Position numbers and translations under genes: made by a program
Assembly (NCBI GenBank): GCA_001786955.1
Contig: MFUM01000005.1
Coordinates: 24,645 to 88,644 of the forward strand
Direction: 5' to 3'
Length of the DNA stretch: 64,000 nucleotides
Source of the DNA: Candidatus Nomurabacteria bacterium RIFCSPHIGHO2_12_FULL_42_19
GTDB lineage: Bacteria; Patescibacteriota; Minisyncoccia; Phycocordibacterales; UBA9973
In this document: positions 17,366 through 25,848 of the stretch, one piece after another
How the letters are laid out: the number at the start of each line of letters is the position of its first letter
How positions within the stretch are numbered: the first letter of the stretch is position 1
The notes under the pieces: model-generated
Seen by the model: the letters and a program-made list of their open reading frames with translations, nothing else
Told to the model about the DNA's origin: nothing
The model's database searches: none

Positions 17366-17761
17366 GTGACCGAAGATAAAAAAATAAAAATTTTAATTGT
17401 TGAAGACGAGGCGGTAATTAGCAAAACATATGCGGAAGAATTGCGCAGTCAGGGATTTCTTGTCCTTACGGCGGCAAACGGCAAAGACGGCTTGGAGCTT
17501 GCTTTTCGCGAAAAACCGGATCTTATCTTGCTGGATATTCTGATGCCGGTAATGGATGGCCTTACAATGATGGACAAATTGCGGGAGAAAGACCTTTATG
17601 GAAAAAATGTTCCGATAATCCTTTTAAGCAATTTGTCCGCCAGCGAAGAAAAAATCATGGCGGCGATTACAAAAAATGAGCCCGCGTATTATTTGGTAAA
17701 ATCCGACTGGGATTTAAGCCATGTAGTGGAGAAAGTAAAAGAAAGACTCAGTAGAGTTTAA
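17366..17761 (+). CDS. single-domain response regulator (CheY-like receiver). GTG start is proposed, the annotated TTG at 17345 is the alternative
   Basis: KILIVEDE, LILLDILMP (phospho-Asp), K in YLVKS. A TGGTATAAT element at 17348-17356 would make the mRNA leaderless. Confidence 0.75.
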   Translation: MTEDKKIKILIVEDEAVISKTYAEELRSQGFLVLTAANGKDGLELAFREKPDLILLDILMPVMDGLTMMDKLREKDLYGKNVPIILLSNLSASEEKIMAAITKNEPAYYLVKSDWDLSHVVEKVKERLSRV

Positions 17762-17797
17762 CCGCGCCATTCTTTTTAAAAACAACTGCTTTTCGTG

Positions 17798-17884
17798 CGG
17801 AGGCGGTGAGATTCGAACTCACGGACCCCGTAAAGAGTCTCTTGTTTTCAAGACAAGTGCCTTCAACCACTCAGCCACGCCTCC
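17798..17884 (-). tRNA. tRNA-Ser (anticodon TGA), long variable arm
   Basis: Reverse complement GGAGGCGTGGCTGAGTGGTTGAAGGCA..., anticodon loop CTTGAAA, T-loop TTCGAAT. 87 nt. Confidence 0.85.
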
Positions 17885-17889
17885 GTTTG

Positions 17890-18138
17890 TTATTTAATTG
17901 ACGACAATGCGTTTTTGAAATCTTTTTTTACATCAACCCACTTTTTCTTTACGATTTTGAAAATATAAAAAATTTCCAAAATTCCAACAGTATTTAAGAT
18001 AATGAGCGCGACAAACCATTTTTTATGGTTATGTTTTGCGGCTGTCCACAACGCATAAACTTTCCAAGGAATAGTCCAAAGGGCTAATATTAATAAAAAC
18101 ATATTAACAAATGCATTGGTAAAAATTGGATTATACAT
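17890..18138 (-). CDS. small hypothetical membrane protein
   Basis: 82 aa, two predicted TM helices. Confidence 0.35.
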   Translation of the reverse strand: MYNPIFTNAFVNMFLLILALWTIPWKVYALWTAAKHNHKKWFVALIILNTVGILEIFYIFKIVKKKWVDVKKDFKNALSSIK

Positions 18139-18183
18139 ACGGAGATTATATCAAGAAAATCATATTTATGCTAGTATTTAATT

Positions 18184-18654
18184 ATGATATTTTCCGGGAG
18201 ATTTTTGGGCGTTGATTATGGAACAAAAAGAATCGGAGTGGCAATTTCGGATAAAAATAACACTCTGGCTTTCCCGAAAGAAATTATTCTGAATGACAAA
18301 AATGCTTTAAAAAGAATTGGCGATATAATCACCAAAGAAAATGTTTCGGAAATTGTAATAGGAGAATCGGTGGATTTTTCAGGGAAATTAAATGCGCTGT
18401 CGGGGAGAATCGAGATTTTTATCTTAGACTTGAAAGAAAAATTTAAATTACCCGTTTACAAGCAGAAAGAATTTTTAACATCGGTGGAAGCCCGTAAATC
18501 AGGAAATAATAAAAAAAGTTTAAGTCCATCGCAAGCGCACAGCAGAGTAAAACAAATAAAGAGCGGCCGGATAGATGCTTCGGCGGCTGCGCTCATTTTA
18601 CAAAGATATCTGGACAAAATAAATAACCCGCGCCACAGCGTGGCAAGAAAATGA
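18184..18654 (+). CDS. ruvX: Holliday junction resolvase-like RuvX/YqgF
   Basis: FLGVDYGTKRIGVAISD RNase H-like motif. Confidence 0.85.
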   Translation: MIFSGRFLGVDYGTKRIGVAISDKNNTLAFPKEIILNDKNALKRIGDIITKENVSEIVIGESVDFSGKLNALSGRIEIFILDLKEKFKLPVYKQKEFLTSVEARKSGNNKKSLSPSQAHSRVKQIKSGRIDASAAALILQRYLDKINNPRHSVARK

Positions 18655-18980
18655 TTACATTAAATGATTTTAAAAAAATTGATATCGCGGTAGGAAAAAT
18701 TTTATCCGCGGAAAAAATTCCCGATACGGACAAATTATTGAAACTGTCTGTTGATTTAGGCGAAACGACACCACGGGTTATAGTTTCCGGAATTTCTTTA
18801 TATTTTCCGGATTGTTCCGTTTTAGTCGGCAAAAAGTGCATTTTTGTCGCGAATCTGGAACCGAGAGTTATTCGTGGGATTGAAAGCCAGGGAATGATAT
18901 TGGCAGTTTTTACGGAAGACGGCAAATTTTCCCTGCTGGAACCGAACAATGATATTCCTGCCGGCACGCGAGCGAAATGA
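18651..18980 (+). CDS. tRNA-binding protein (CsaA/Trbp111/EMAP-like OB domain)
   Basis: FKKIDIAVGKILSAEKIPDTDKLLKLSVDLGE, typical of the Myf domain. Confidence 0.8.
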   Translation: MITLNDFKKIDIAVGKILSAEKIPDTDKLLKLSVDLGETTPRVIVSGISLYFPDCSVLVGKKCIFVANLEPRVIRGIESQGMILAVFTEDGKFSLLEPNNDIPAGTRAK

Positions 18981-19015
18981 TGGCGATAAAAACCTGGATA
19001 TCGTATAATATTACT

Positions 19016-20107
19016 ATGTTCGGGGATTCATTTAATAGGTTTTTCTTCAGGTTTTTTCCACCGCCTAATTTTTTAATAACGCCTTCTTTTGGCTTGGACA
19101 TTTCCGATGAATCATTGAAATTCGCAGAGCTTTTCGCGACCAAGAATGGCATTAAGGTGGGACGATATGGAGAACGCACCATACCGCCCGGGGTTATAGA
19201 ATCCGGCAAAATTAAAGATTCTAAAAGAATGGAAGAAATTTTGTCTTCACTCAGGAAAGAAGAAGGGATAAAGACTGTGCGTGTTTCCCTGCCGGAAGAG
19301 CAAATGTATCTCTTTCAGCTTCGATTGGGAAAAACGGGGTTGAAAAACGTCAAAGAGGGAATTGAACTTGCCCTTGAAGAACACGTGCCGGTACCGGCCC
19401 AAGACGCGATTTTCGATTACGATTTAGTCAAAGAAGATGCGCAAAACTTGGAAGTTCAAGTTGCCACCATACCGAAAAATATAATCGAAAACTACTTGTT
19501 GATTTTTAAGCATTCCCAGATATCGGTTCAAGCATTCGAACTTGAAGCACAGGCGCTTTCTCGGGCAGTTATCAAAAAGGGCGATATGGAAACTTATATG
19601 ATTGTGGATTTTGGCAAAAAACGCACCGGTATTTTTATTGTATCCAGCGGTATCGTAATGTTTACTTCTACTCTTGATATGGGCGGGGAGATTATGAATA
19701 AGATGATTAAAAAAAGCTTTAATGTAAGCATTGAAGAAGCGGAAAAAATGAAACAGCAATACGGTCTTCAGCGCAATGTCGCAAATAAGGAAATATTCGC
19801 CGTGCTTCTAAACAGCGTTTCTGTCCTGCGCGACGAAATAGCGAAACACTTCTTATATTGGCATACGCATAAAAATGAAGAAGATAAAAATAATCCACCC
19901 ATAAAAAAGATAATTCTTTGCGGCGGCGATTCAAATTTAATAGGGCTTGCCGACTATATTTCTGTCAGCATGAAAAGTCCGGTGGAAATGGCCAATGTCT
20001 GGATTAACATAACGAATACGGAAAATTATATTCCGGAGATGAGTTTTAGGCAGGCGCTTTCATTCGCGACCACGCTCGGGCTTGCGCTGGGAGATTTTGA
20101 AAATTGA
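19016..20107 (+). CDS. pilM: type IV pilus assembly protein PilM (actin-like ATPase fold). Start uncertain, upstream ATGs lie at 18977-18980
   Basis: FGLDISDESLKFAEL N-terminus and FtsA/PilM-like fold. A TATAAT at 19004-19009 lies 6 nt upstream of the ATG. Confidence 0.7.
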   Translation: MFGDSFNRFFFRFFPPPNFLITPSFGLDISDESLKFAELFATKNGIKVGRYGERTIPPGVIESGKIKDSKRMEEILSSLRKEEGIKTVRVSLPEEQMYLFQLRLGKTGLKNVKEGIELALEEHVPVPAQDAIFDYDLVKEDAQNLEVQVATIPKNIIENYLLIFKHSQISVQAFELEAQALSRAVIKKGDMETYMIVDFGKKRTGIFIVSSGIVMFTSTLDMGGEIMNKMIKKSFNVSIEEAEKMKQQYGLQRNVANKEIFAVLLNSVSVLRDEIAKHFLYWHTHKNEEDKNNPPIKKIILCGGDSNLIGLADYISVSMKSPVEMANVWINITNTENYIPEMSFRQALSFATTLGLALGDFEN

Positions 20108-20113
20108 TAATTT

Positions 20114-20656
20114 ATGATTAATTTAATTCCAAAAGAAGAGAGGAAAAAAATGACTATAGGTTTTTACTATAAGCTTGCAATTTTGTTTTTGATGGTGCTT
20201 GATTTTTGCATTTTGGTTGCCGTTATTTCTATAACCCCTTCTTATTTTCTTTCTTCCGCAAAAAGCGCTTCAATCAATACGAAATTAGAAATTCAAAAGA
20301 ATGAGCCGTTACCTTTATTTGACCAGCAAACTCTCACGGTCATCAAAGGTGTAAACAACAAACTTGATTTGGTGGAAAATGCCGAGAAAAACAAATTTCT
20401 TGTTTCCCAAAAAATCATCCGGGCTATTCTTTTAAATAAAAGATCGGATATCAAAATTACCCAAATTTTGTATGAAAATGACCCGGCTCAGGGCAAGAAA
20501 ATCAGCATTACCGGCACGGCGCCTTCCCGTGAAATTTTGCTTCTATTCCGCCGGGCACTGGAAAATGATTCCGCTTTTAAAAATGTCAATTTGCCGATTT
20601 CAAATTTCGTGAAAGGATCCAATATACAATTTTATCTAAGTCTGATTCCTTCATAA
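20114..20656 (+). CDS. pilN: type IV pilus assembly protein PilN
   Basis: MINLIPKEERKK start, single TM, periplasmic domain. Confidence 0.7.
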   Translation: MINLIPKEERKKMTIGFYYKLAILFLMVLDFCILVAVISITPSYFLSSAKSASINTKLEIQKNEPLPLFDQQTLTVIKGVNNKLDLVENAEKNKFLVSQKIIRAILLNKRSDIKITQILYENDPAQGKKISITGTAPSREILLLFRRALENDSAFKNVNLPISNFVKGSNIQFYLSLIPS

Positions 20657-20657
20657 T

Positions 20658-21197
20658 ATGAAAAACAATTTTCAAAAAATATCATTAATTCTCTTGGCAG
20701 TATTTTTTGTGTTTTTCTGTTTTGCTTTTGTGTTTTTATACAAAAAAATAAATAGCAACAATCAAAAAGCCGAACAAGATGCGACAACTTGGCAAACAGA
20801 AACACTCCGGCGCGACAACATAAGATCTTTAGATCGCTTGCTTCAAAAAATCGCTGATTCCAGAATCCTGCTTGAAACTCATTTTGCCAAAAGTTCGGAC
20901 GTTGTGCCCTTTTTAGATACAATTGAAAAATTGGCGCTAGGGGTGGGAACTAAAGCCGAGGTTAATTCGGTTGATATTTTAACAGATAATACCGGACTAA
21001 TAGTTGGATTAAAGGCATCGGGGTCTTTTGAAGCAATTTATAAATTTTTAACGCTCCTGGAAAATTCCCCCTACGAGCTTGATTTTCCTTCAATAGATAT
21101 GCACAAATTGGCAGTGTCAGGCGTGTCCGACGAAAATATTCAAAATTTGAAATGGGAAGCTACCTTTAGAATACAGCTTCTGAGCTTTGTCCCATAA
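20658..21197 (+). CDS. pilO: type IV pilus assembly protein PilO-like
   Basis: TM plus coiled-coil plus C-terminal domain. Operon position after pilMN. Confidence 0.55.
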   Translation: MKNNFQKISLILLAVFFVFFCFAFVFLYKKINSNNQKAEQDATTWQTETLRRDNIRSLDRLLQKIADSRILLETHFAKSSDVVPFLDTIEKLALGVGTKAEVNSVDILTDNTGLIVGLKASGSFEAIYKFLTLLENSPYELDFPSIDMHKLAVSGVSDENIQNLKWEATFRIQLLSFVP

Positions 21198-21206
21198 ATT
21201 AAAAAA

Positions 21207-21515
21207 ATGAAAATAAAATTTTTTAAAAAAGAAAATAATTTTAAGAAAAAAAACTTTGCCTTTAATCCGAATCTCTATTGGAAAATTGCCGTCTGCGGCT
21301 CCCTTACTATGATTCTTCTGTCTTTTCTTTTCGGCTATCGTCTTTTTATGCAGATAAACCAAGAATCTATTTTGCCAATTATCAACGGCAATGAACAAGT
21401 TCCAACAATCAACGAAAATCGTGTTGGAAAAGTGCTTGATTATTTTTCTGAAAAAGAGCAAAAATCGGCTAGAATATTAAATTCTTCTTCCCCGGTCGTT
21501 GACCCTTCTCTCTAA
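21207..21515 (+). CDS. hypothetical membrane protein (possible PilP-like)
   Basis: 102 aa with one TM. Identified by operon context only. Confidence 0.3.
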   Translation: MKIKFFKKENNFKKKNFAFNPNLYWKIAVCGSLTMILLSFLFGYRLFMQINQESILPIINGNEQVPTINENRVGKVLDYFSEKEQKSARILNSSSPVVDPSL

Positions 21516-21537
21516 AAGTGGTAATTTGTGATTATCT

Positions 21538-21619
21538 GCGCGGTTAGCTGTTTTGGTAGGTCGTTTACCTAAATTCTTGCGCGGTTAGCTGTTTTGGTAG
21601 GTCGTTTACCTAAATTCTT
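21538..21619 (+). repeat. 2 x 41-bp tandem direct repeats, each a truncated copy of the tRNA-Val 5' end (GCGCGGTTAGCT) fused to GTTTTGGTAGGTCGTTTACCTAAATTCTT
   Basis: Identical units that end at tRNA +1. They share the 21-nt TAGCTGTTTTGGTAGGTCGTT motif with the repeats at 2464-2537. Confidence 0.9.
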
Positions 21620-21692
21620 GCGCGGTTAGCTCAGTTGGTAGAGCAACCCGTTTACACCGGGAAGGTCAGGGGTTCGAGTCCCTTACCGCGCA
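21620..21692 (+). tRNA. tRNA-Val (anticodon TAC)
   Basis: Acceptor GCGCGGT/ACCGCGC, loop TTTACAC, T-loop TTCGAGT. Confidence 0.85.
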
Positions 21693-21696
21693 CAGA

Positions 21697-21768
21697 GCCC
21701 TTGTAGTTCAATGGATAGAACGAAGCTCTTCTAAGGCTTTGATGTAGGTTCGATTCCTACCAAGGGCA
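21697..21768 (+). tRNA. tRNA-Arg (anticodon TCT)
   Basis: Acceptor GCCCTTG/CAAGGGC, loop CTTCTAA, T-loop TTCGATT. Confidence 0.85.
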
Positions 21769-21822
21769 CACGTTAGTGAGACCGACCGAGAGGCTTATTT
21801 TGGGGAATTAGGGTAGGGTGGA

Positions 21823-22278
21823 TTAAATAATTTTAACTTCCACACTATCACTTATAGAAATGCTGTTATTAAGATCAAGTTCAGTGAGAAGTCCTACTCT
21901 AATAATTCCTTCAAATATTTTACATTCAGGTATTTTAATTAAAACTGAATATTCTCGATTTTTATCATCACTAAGTTTTGTCCAATGTCCCTCATATCCT
22001 TTTTGCGTCCATAAATCTTTCCTGTTTTTCTCACCAACAAAAATATCAATATCCATCACAGCTGGATTGTGGTCCCACCGAAATATAAATCTTGGCAATT
22101 TTTTATCGCTTGAAAAAAGTTCGGCAATTACAAGATAACCATTTTTATCTTTAAGAGCTTTTTTGTCGGAATTCATGCTTAGAGTATAATCACTGTCTTT
22201 ATACTTTATTGATATTGGCTCCACGCCAGTAGTTCCACCGACCCTTATTTGTTTTTCAGAAAATTTATTTTTACCCAT
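21823..22278 (-). CDS. hypothetical protein
   Basis: 151-aa ORF with no recognisable motifs. Confidence 0.45.
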   Translation of the reverse strand: MGKNKFSEKQIRVGGTTGVEPISIKYKDSDYTLSMNSDKKALKDKNGYLVIAELFSSDKKLPRFIFRWDHNPAVMDIDIFVGEKNRKDLWTQKGYEGHWTKLSDDKNREYSVLIKIPECKIFEGIIRVGLLTELDLNNSISISDSVEVKII

Positions 22279-22289
22279 AATTAAAAAGA

Positions 22290-24164
22290 TTATTTTAAGT
22301 TATCAAAAATATATTTTAAATCTAGTATTCTGCCAATACTCTCTAATTCTCCCTGCTGAACAAATGTTGGTATTCCAATTACACAACCAGAGTCCTCAAT
22401 TGCGATACCACCCGAATTACCGTGATCAATTTTTGCCGATGTTTTATAGTAATGTACGCCATTATTGTCAGTTTCAACACCAGATACTATTCCATCAGTT
22501 ACAGTTAAGCTATTTCCTCCCACTGCTGGATAGCCAAATACAGACAACGGAGTGCCAATATCAACAGAAGAACAGTAATAAGTTTCCGATTCTGCTTGCG
22601 CGTAAAGATTTAGATCTTGGAAACTACCTCTGTTACCAATAGAAGTATCAGTAACGATCTCAACCTTAACAAATGCCGTATCAATATAACTCTTGAAAAA
22701 CTTATAGCCAGTACTCTTGAAAATAAGATAACGATCACTATTGGTGTAATCTGGGTATAAAACTATAACACAAGAAGATATTGAATTATCGTCTGTTTCA
22801 ACAACATGTAAATTTGTTTGAACATAAAATGGAGCAAGTCCTGACTGGTTTGTTGTCATGTAGAGCATACCAGTTCCTTGTTTAAGATCATCTGAGTGAG
22901 AATTAGCAAAGCATAATATTTTAACAACTGATTGAGAAAACTTTGTCAAAAATGCACCAGTAGGGCGAGTGTCATTTATTTGCACTGGTCTATTTTGTAA
23001 TTCTTGCAGAGCTTGCTTTGTGGCATTTTCGTTTGCTCGTGACTGTTGTAATTGTGAGCTTTGTTGTTCTAACAAGCCTTGTTGTTTAGCAAATGTTTCT
23101 TTTTGAGATATTTTCAAAGATTGAATTTCTTGTAATGTGTTTTGTGTTTGTTTATAGAGTGTAAAACCAAACCAGCTAAATAAAATAAAACCAAAAATAA
23201 CAGCACCCGTTACAAATTGTGCATTCGAAATTTTGATCGATTTAATACCAACTATTAACGTAGAAAATTTAACTTTATAAAACAACTGGTACACCAAATA
23301 AAGTAAGCCGAGAAATAGAACTGTTAAAATCGGATAGGTAATCTCTTTTTTGTTAAATAATGACTTGATTGAAGTAAAAAATTCCCGCAATGAAGTTATG
23401 ATTCTCGATTGTATTTGAGTGGTACTGGCCGTGCTTTCTTTTTTGACTTCTTTTTCGAATACCACACTAGGGTTTTTTGCTTTAAGATTACTTAAGGTAT
23501 CACTTGGCACTAAATCTGAATGCAACCATCCATTAGTAAATCCTGTACTTTGGAAAAATCCGCTTTTATTCGTACCATGGTCAACTACAGACACAAAATA
23601 CCAATCGCCTTGTTTCTTTTTAATAGTTGCATCTCCATTAAATGTTCCCCAATTTGCAATTCCACAAGAAAATGCGGGGCAAGCACGTACCTTTTCACTA
23701 CCCATTAAATGGAAAGTAACCGTGTTCTCAAAAACTACTGCAACATCTTTTTCAAAAACCTCATTCAAAATAACCTCGATTGTTGCAGAACAACTGTTTG
23801 TCCCCCCGGGTCCTCTGACTGTCCATGTGCAACTTCCTTTGCCTATTTTAGACGGTCGGACTTGACCAGAATTACTTGTTCCGTTAATGATTTCTTGTGC
23901 GTTTGAAAAATTAAGAAATTCTGAGGTTGTATAGTTCTCCGTATAGCCACCAAGATATTTAAGAACACCATCACAACTTGTTGTAATACCACTCAACGGT
24001 CCAGTAGTTTTCCAAAAATTTACAGAATTTTCTCCTTGCTTGACTATCGATGGAGTAAAAGACATTGTGCACGTCGGAGCAGGAGCCGCATAAGCCAAAG
24101 AATTTATAGTGAATATAACTCCTATAAAAACAGAAATTATTGCAATTTTTCTAAAAATTTTCAC
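22290..24164 (-). CDS. membrane-anchored trypsin-like serine protease with a Cys-rich/SH3-like ectodomain and coiled-coil
   Basis: Signal peptide, two TM helices, Q-rich coiled-coil. C-terminal S1 domain with TNLHVV (His), D and GNSGG (Ser). Confidence 0.65.
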   Translation of the reverse strand: MKIFRKIAIISVFIGVIFTINSLAYAAPAPTCTMSFTPSIVKQGENSVNFWKTTGPLSGITTSCDGVLKYLGGYTENYTTSEFLNFSNAQEIINGTSNSGQVRPSKIGKGSCTWTVRGPGGTNSCSATIEVILNEVFEKDVAVVFENTVTFHLMGSEKVRACPAFSCGIANWGTFNGDATIKKKQGDWYFVSVVDHGTNKSGFFQSTGFTNGWLHSDLVPSDTLSNLKAKNPSVVFEKEVKKESTASTTQIQSRIITSLREFFTSIKSLFNKKEITYPILTVLFLGLLYLVYQLFYKVKFSTLIVGIKSIKISNAQFVTGAVIFGFILFSWFGFTLYKQTQNTLQEIQSLKISQKETFAKQQGLLEQQSSQLQQSRANENATKQALQELQNRPVQINDTRPTGAFLTKFSQSVVKILCFANSHSDDLKQGTGMLYMTTNQSGLAPFYVQTNLHVVETDDNSISSCVIVLYPDYTNSDRYLIFKSTGYKFFKSYIDTAFVKVEIVTDTSIGNRGSFQDLNLYAQAESETYYCSSVDIGTPLSVFGYPAVGGNSLTVTDGIVSGVETDNNGVHYYKTSAKIDHGNSGGIAIEDSGCVIGIPTFVQQGELESIGRILDLKYIFDNLK

Positions 24165-24399
24165 TATATATATTAACTAATTATTACTTTTTATCCACAA
24201 TACAAGAATAGCAAAAATCAGATGCCTTTTCAAGGTATTATTTTTGATTTTAACCATACCCAAATTTCCCCGAATAAATTCGCGCGGGTTCCTCTCCAGA
24301 CCCAGTAAAATAGTTTTTGTAATTTTTGTAGGTTTTATTTTCCACTGGCATGATTCTTACATGTAACTATATGCTACTTAGCAAGTAGTTTTATAATTT

Positions 24400-25719
24400 C
24401 TATCCAATCCTTACCTCCTTATTATTCATCAAAATTTTACTCCTCAAACAGGAAAGTAGTTCTCGCTTCTCTAGTATCGTACCTCCTCGTAAAACATGCT
24501 TTGCATAATTCCGTATATCCACATCCGCTACTTTGACAGTCGCTTCTTTAAGTCCAAGTATCCCAACATTAAATCTCTTGTGTCGCTCTATTTCATCTTT
24601 TATTTTTGTCTTCATTCCAATCTCGTCAAGGTCAATTTCATCCATCAATCCTGCAAGCTGTTCTATCAAATTTTCCTCTCTTAGATAGCCCGACTTGCAA
24701 TCTTTGTCTTGATATCTGCAGCACCCATAGTATACATATCGATGCACATTTCCGTTGTTTTGTTTCTTAAATTTTTCATCAGCTGTTATGCCTGATCCAC
24801 ACAATCCGCAGGTCATGAGTTTAGTAAAAGCAAATTCTTTATGCTCGCCCTTAAGTGTATACTCCATCATTTGTTCCTGCACTTTATCAAAAAGTTCTTT
24901 CGTGATAATCGGAGTATGCTTGCCTGTATACCACTGCCCTCCACCTTTTGGATATTCAAAACTGCCGTAGTAAAAAGTATTTCTTAGAGTAATGTATATA
25001 TTACTTATGGTAAAAGCCTTGCCAGTTCTAGTTTTGAACTTCATCTCATTTTTGAGCCAAGCATGCAATCTTCTTCCGCTCATTTTCTCATATGCTACTT
25101 TCTCGAACATTTTCTTAATAATTGGTGCTCTATGCTCATCAATTTCAATATGACATCTTTTGTCTGTATTTTTACTATTAAGATAACCAGTGGGTGCCGT
25201 GCATGGCCAGAGTCCCATTTCACATCTGGCTCGCAGTCCTCTTTTCACATTGACGACTTTGTTATCGTTCTCCAATTTCGCTTGGCTTCCTAAAATCATC
25301 AGCAAGAATTTTTCATTTGGACTATTACTGAATTTCTGTCCGTAGGTGCGTATCTCATGAAGTATTCCCTGGTCCATCAGGTCTACAATTCTTCCAAGGT
25401 CTCCTGCGTTTCTTGAAATTCTATCCGGTGCCCAAGTAAGTATTCCATTAAACTTCTTTTGCTTTATTTGATCCACAATTTCGTTAAACACTGGTCGTTG
25501 CCCGGCTTCTTTCGCAGAGTGTGATTCTTTTTTGATTTCTACTATCTCAAGGTGATCACGTTCTGCCATAGAGATCATTTCTTTGATTTGGCTGTCTATG
25601 GAAAGAATTTGAGCTTCTTCGCTCTCCGTAGATTTTCTTGCATACAGACAATATTTTACCTTTATGGGAGCTTGTGCAATTCTCGCCATAGCCCCAACTG
25701 GCATTTGTATTATTTCCAT
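24400..25719 (-). CDS. large serine recombinase (resolvase/invertase catalytic domain plus recombinase domain plus zinc ribbon)
   Basis: YARKSTESEEAQ catalytic Ser motif, DRISRN, recombinase domain, CGLCGS...C zinc ribbon. Confidence 0.85.
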   Translation of the reverse strand: MEIIQMPVGAMARIAQAPIKVKYCLYARKSTESEEAQILSIDSQIKEMISMAERDHLEIVEIKKESHSAKEAGQRPVFNEIVDQIKQKKFNGILTWAPDRISRNAGDLGRIVDLMDQGILHEIRTYGQKFSNSPNEKFLLMILGSQAKLENDNKVVNVKRGLRARCEMGLWPCTAPTGYLNSKNTDKRCHIEIDEHRAPIIKKMFEKVAYEKMSGRRLHAWLKNEMKFKTRTGKAFTISNIYITLRNTFYYGSFEYPKGGGQWYTGKHTPIITKELFDKVQEQMMEYTLKGEHKEFAFTKLMTCGLCGSGITADEKFKKQNNGNVHRYVYYGCCRYQDKDCKSGYLREENLIEQLAGLMDEIDLDEIGMKTKIKDEIERHKRFNVGILGLKEATVKVADVDIRNYAKHVLRGGTILEKRELLSCLRSKILMNNKEVRIG

Positions 25720-25848
25720 ATATTCAATGAATGACGCAACCTCTCTTGAGAGTCTAGGAGGGGTAAGTTGGTAAAGTGTTGGTAACTTAATTTCTCAAAA
25801 AGCCTTTATTTTTCTACTCAAAAGTGGTATAGTAGACTTTATAAAATT

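Noticed and set aside
21782-21795. The 12-14-nt island-flanking direct repeat as a chance match
   Set aside because: A random 12-mer match is expected somewhere in 64 kb. I kept it because it is GC-rich, unique in the window, and falls at both functional boundaries. Flagged as inference only.
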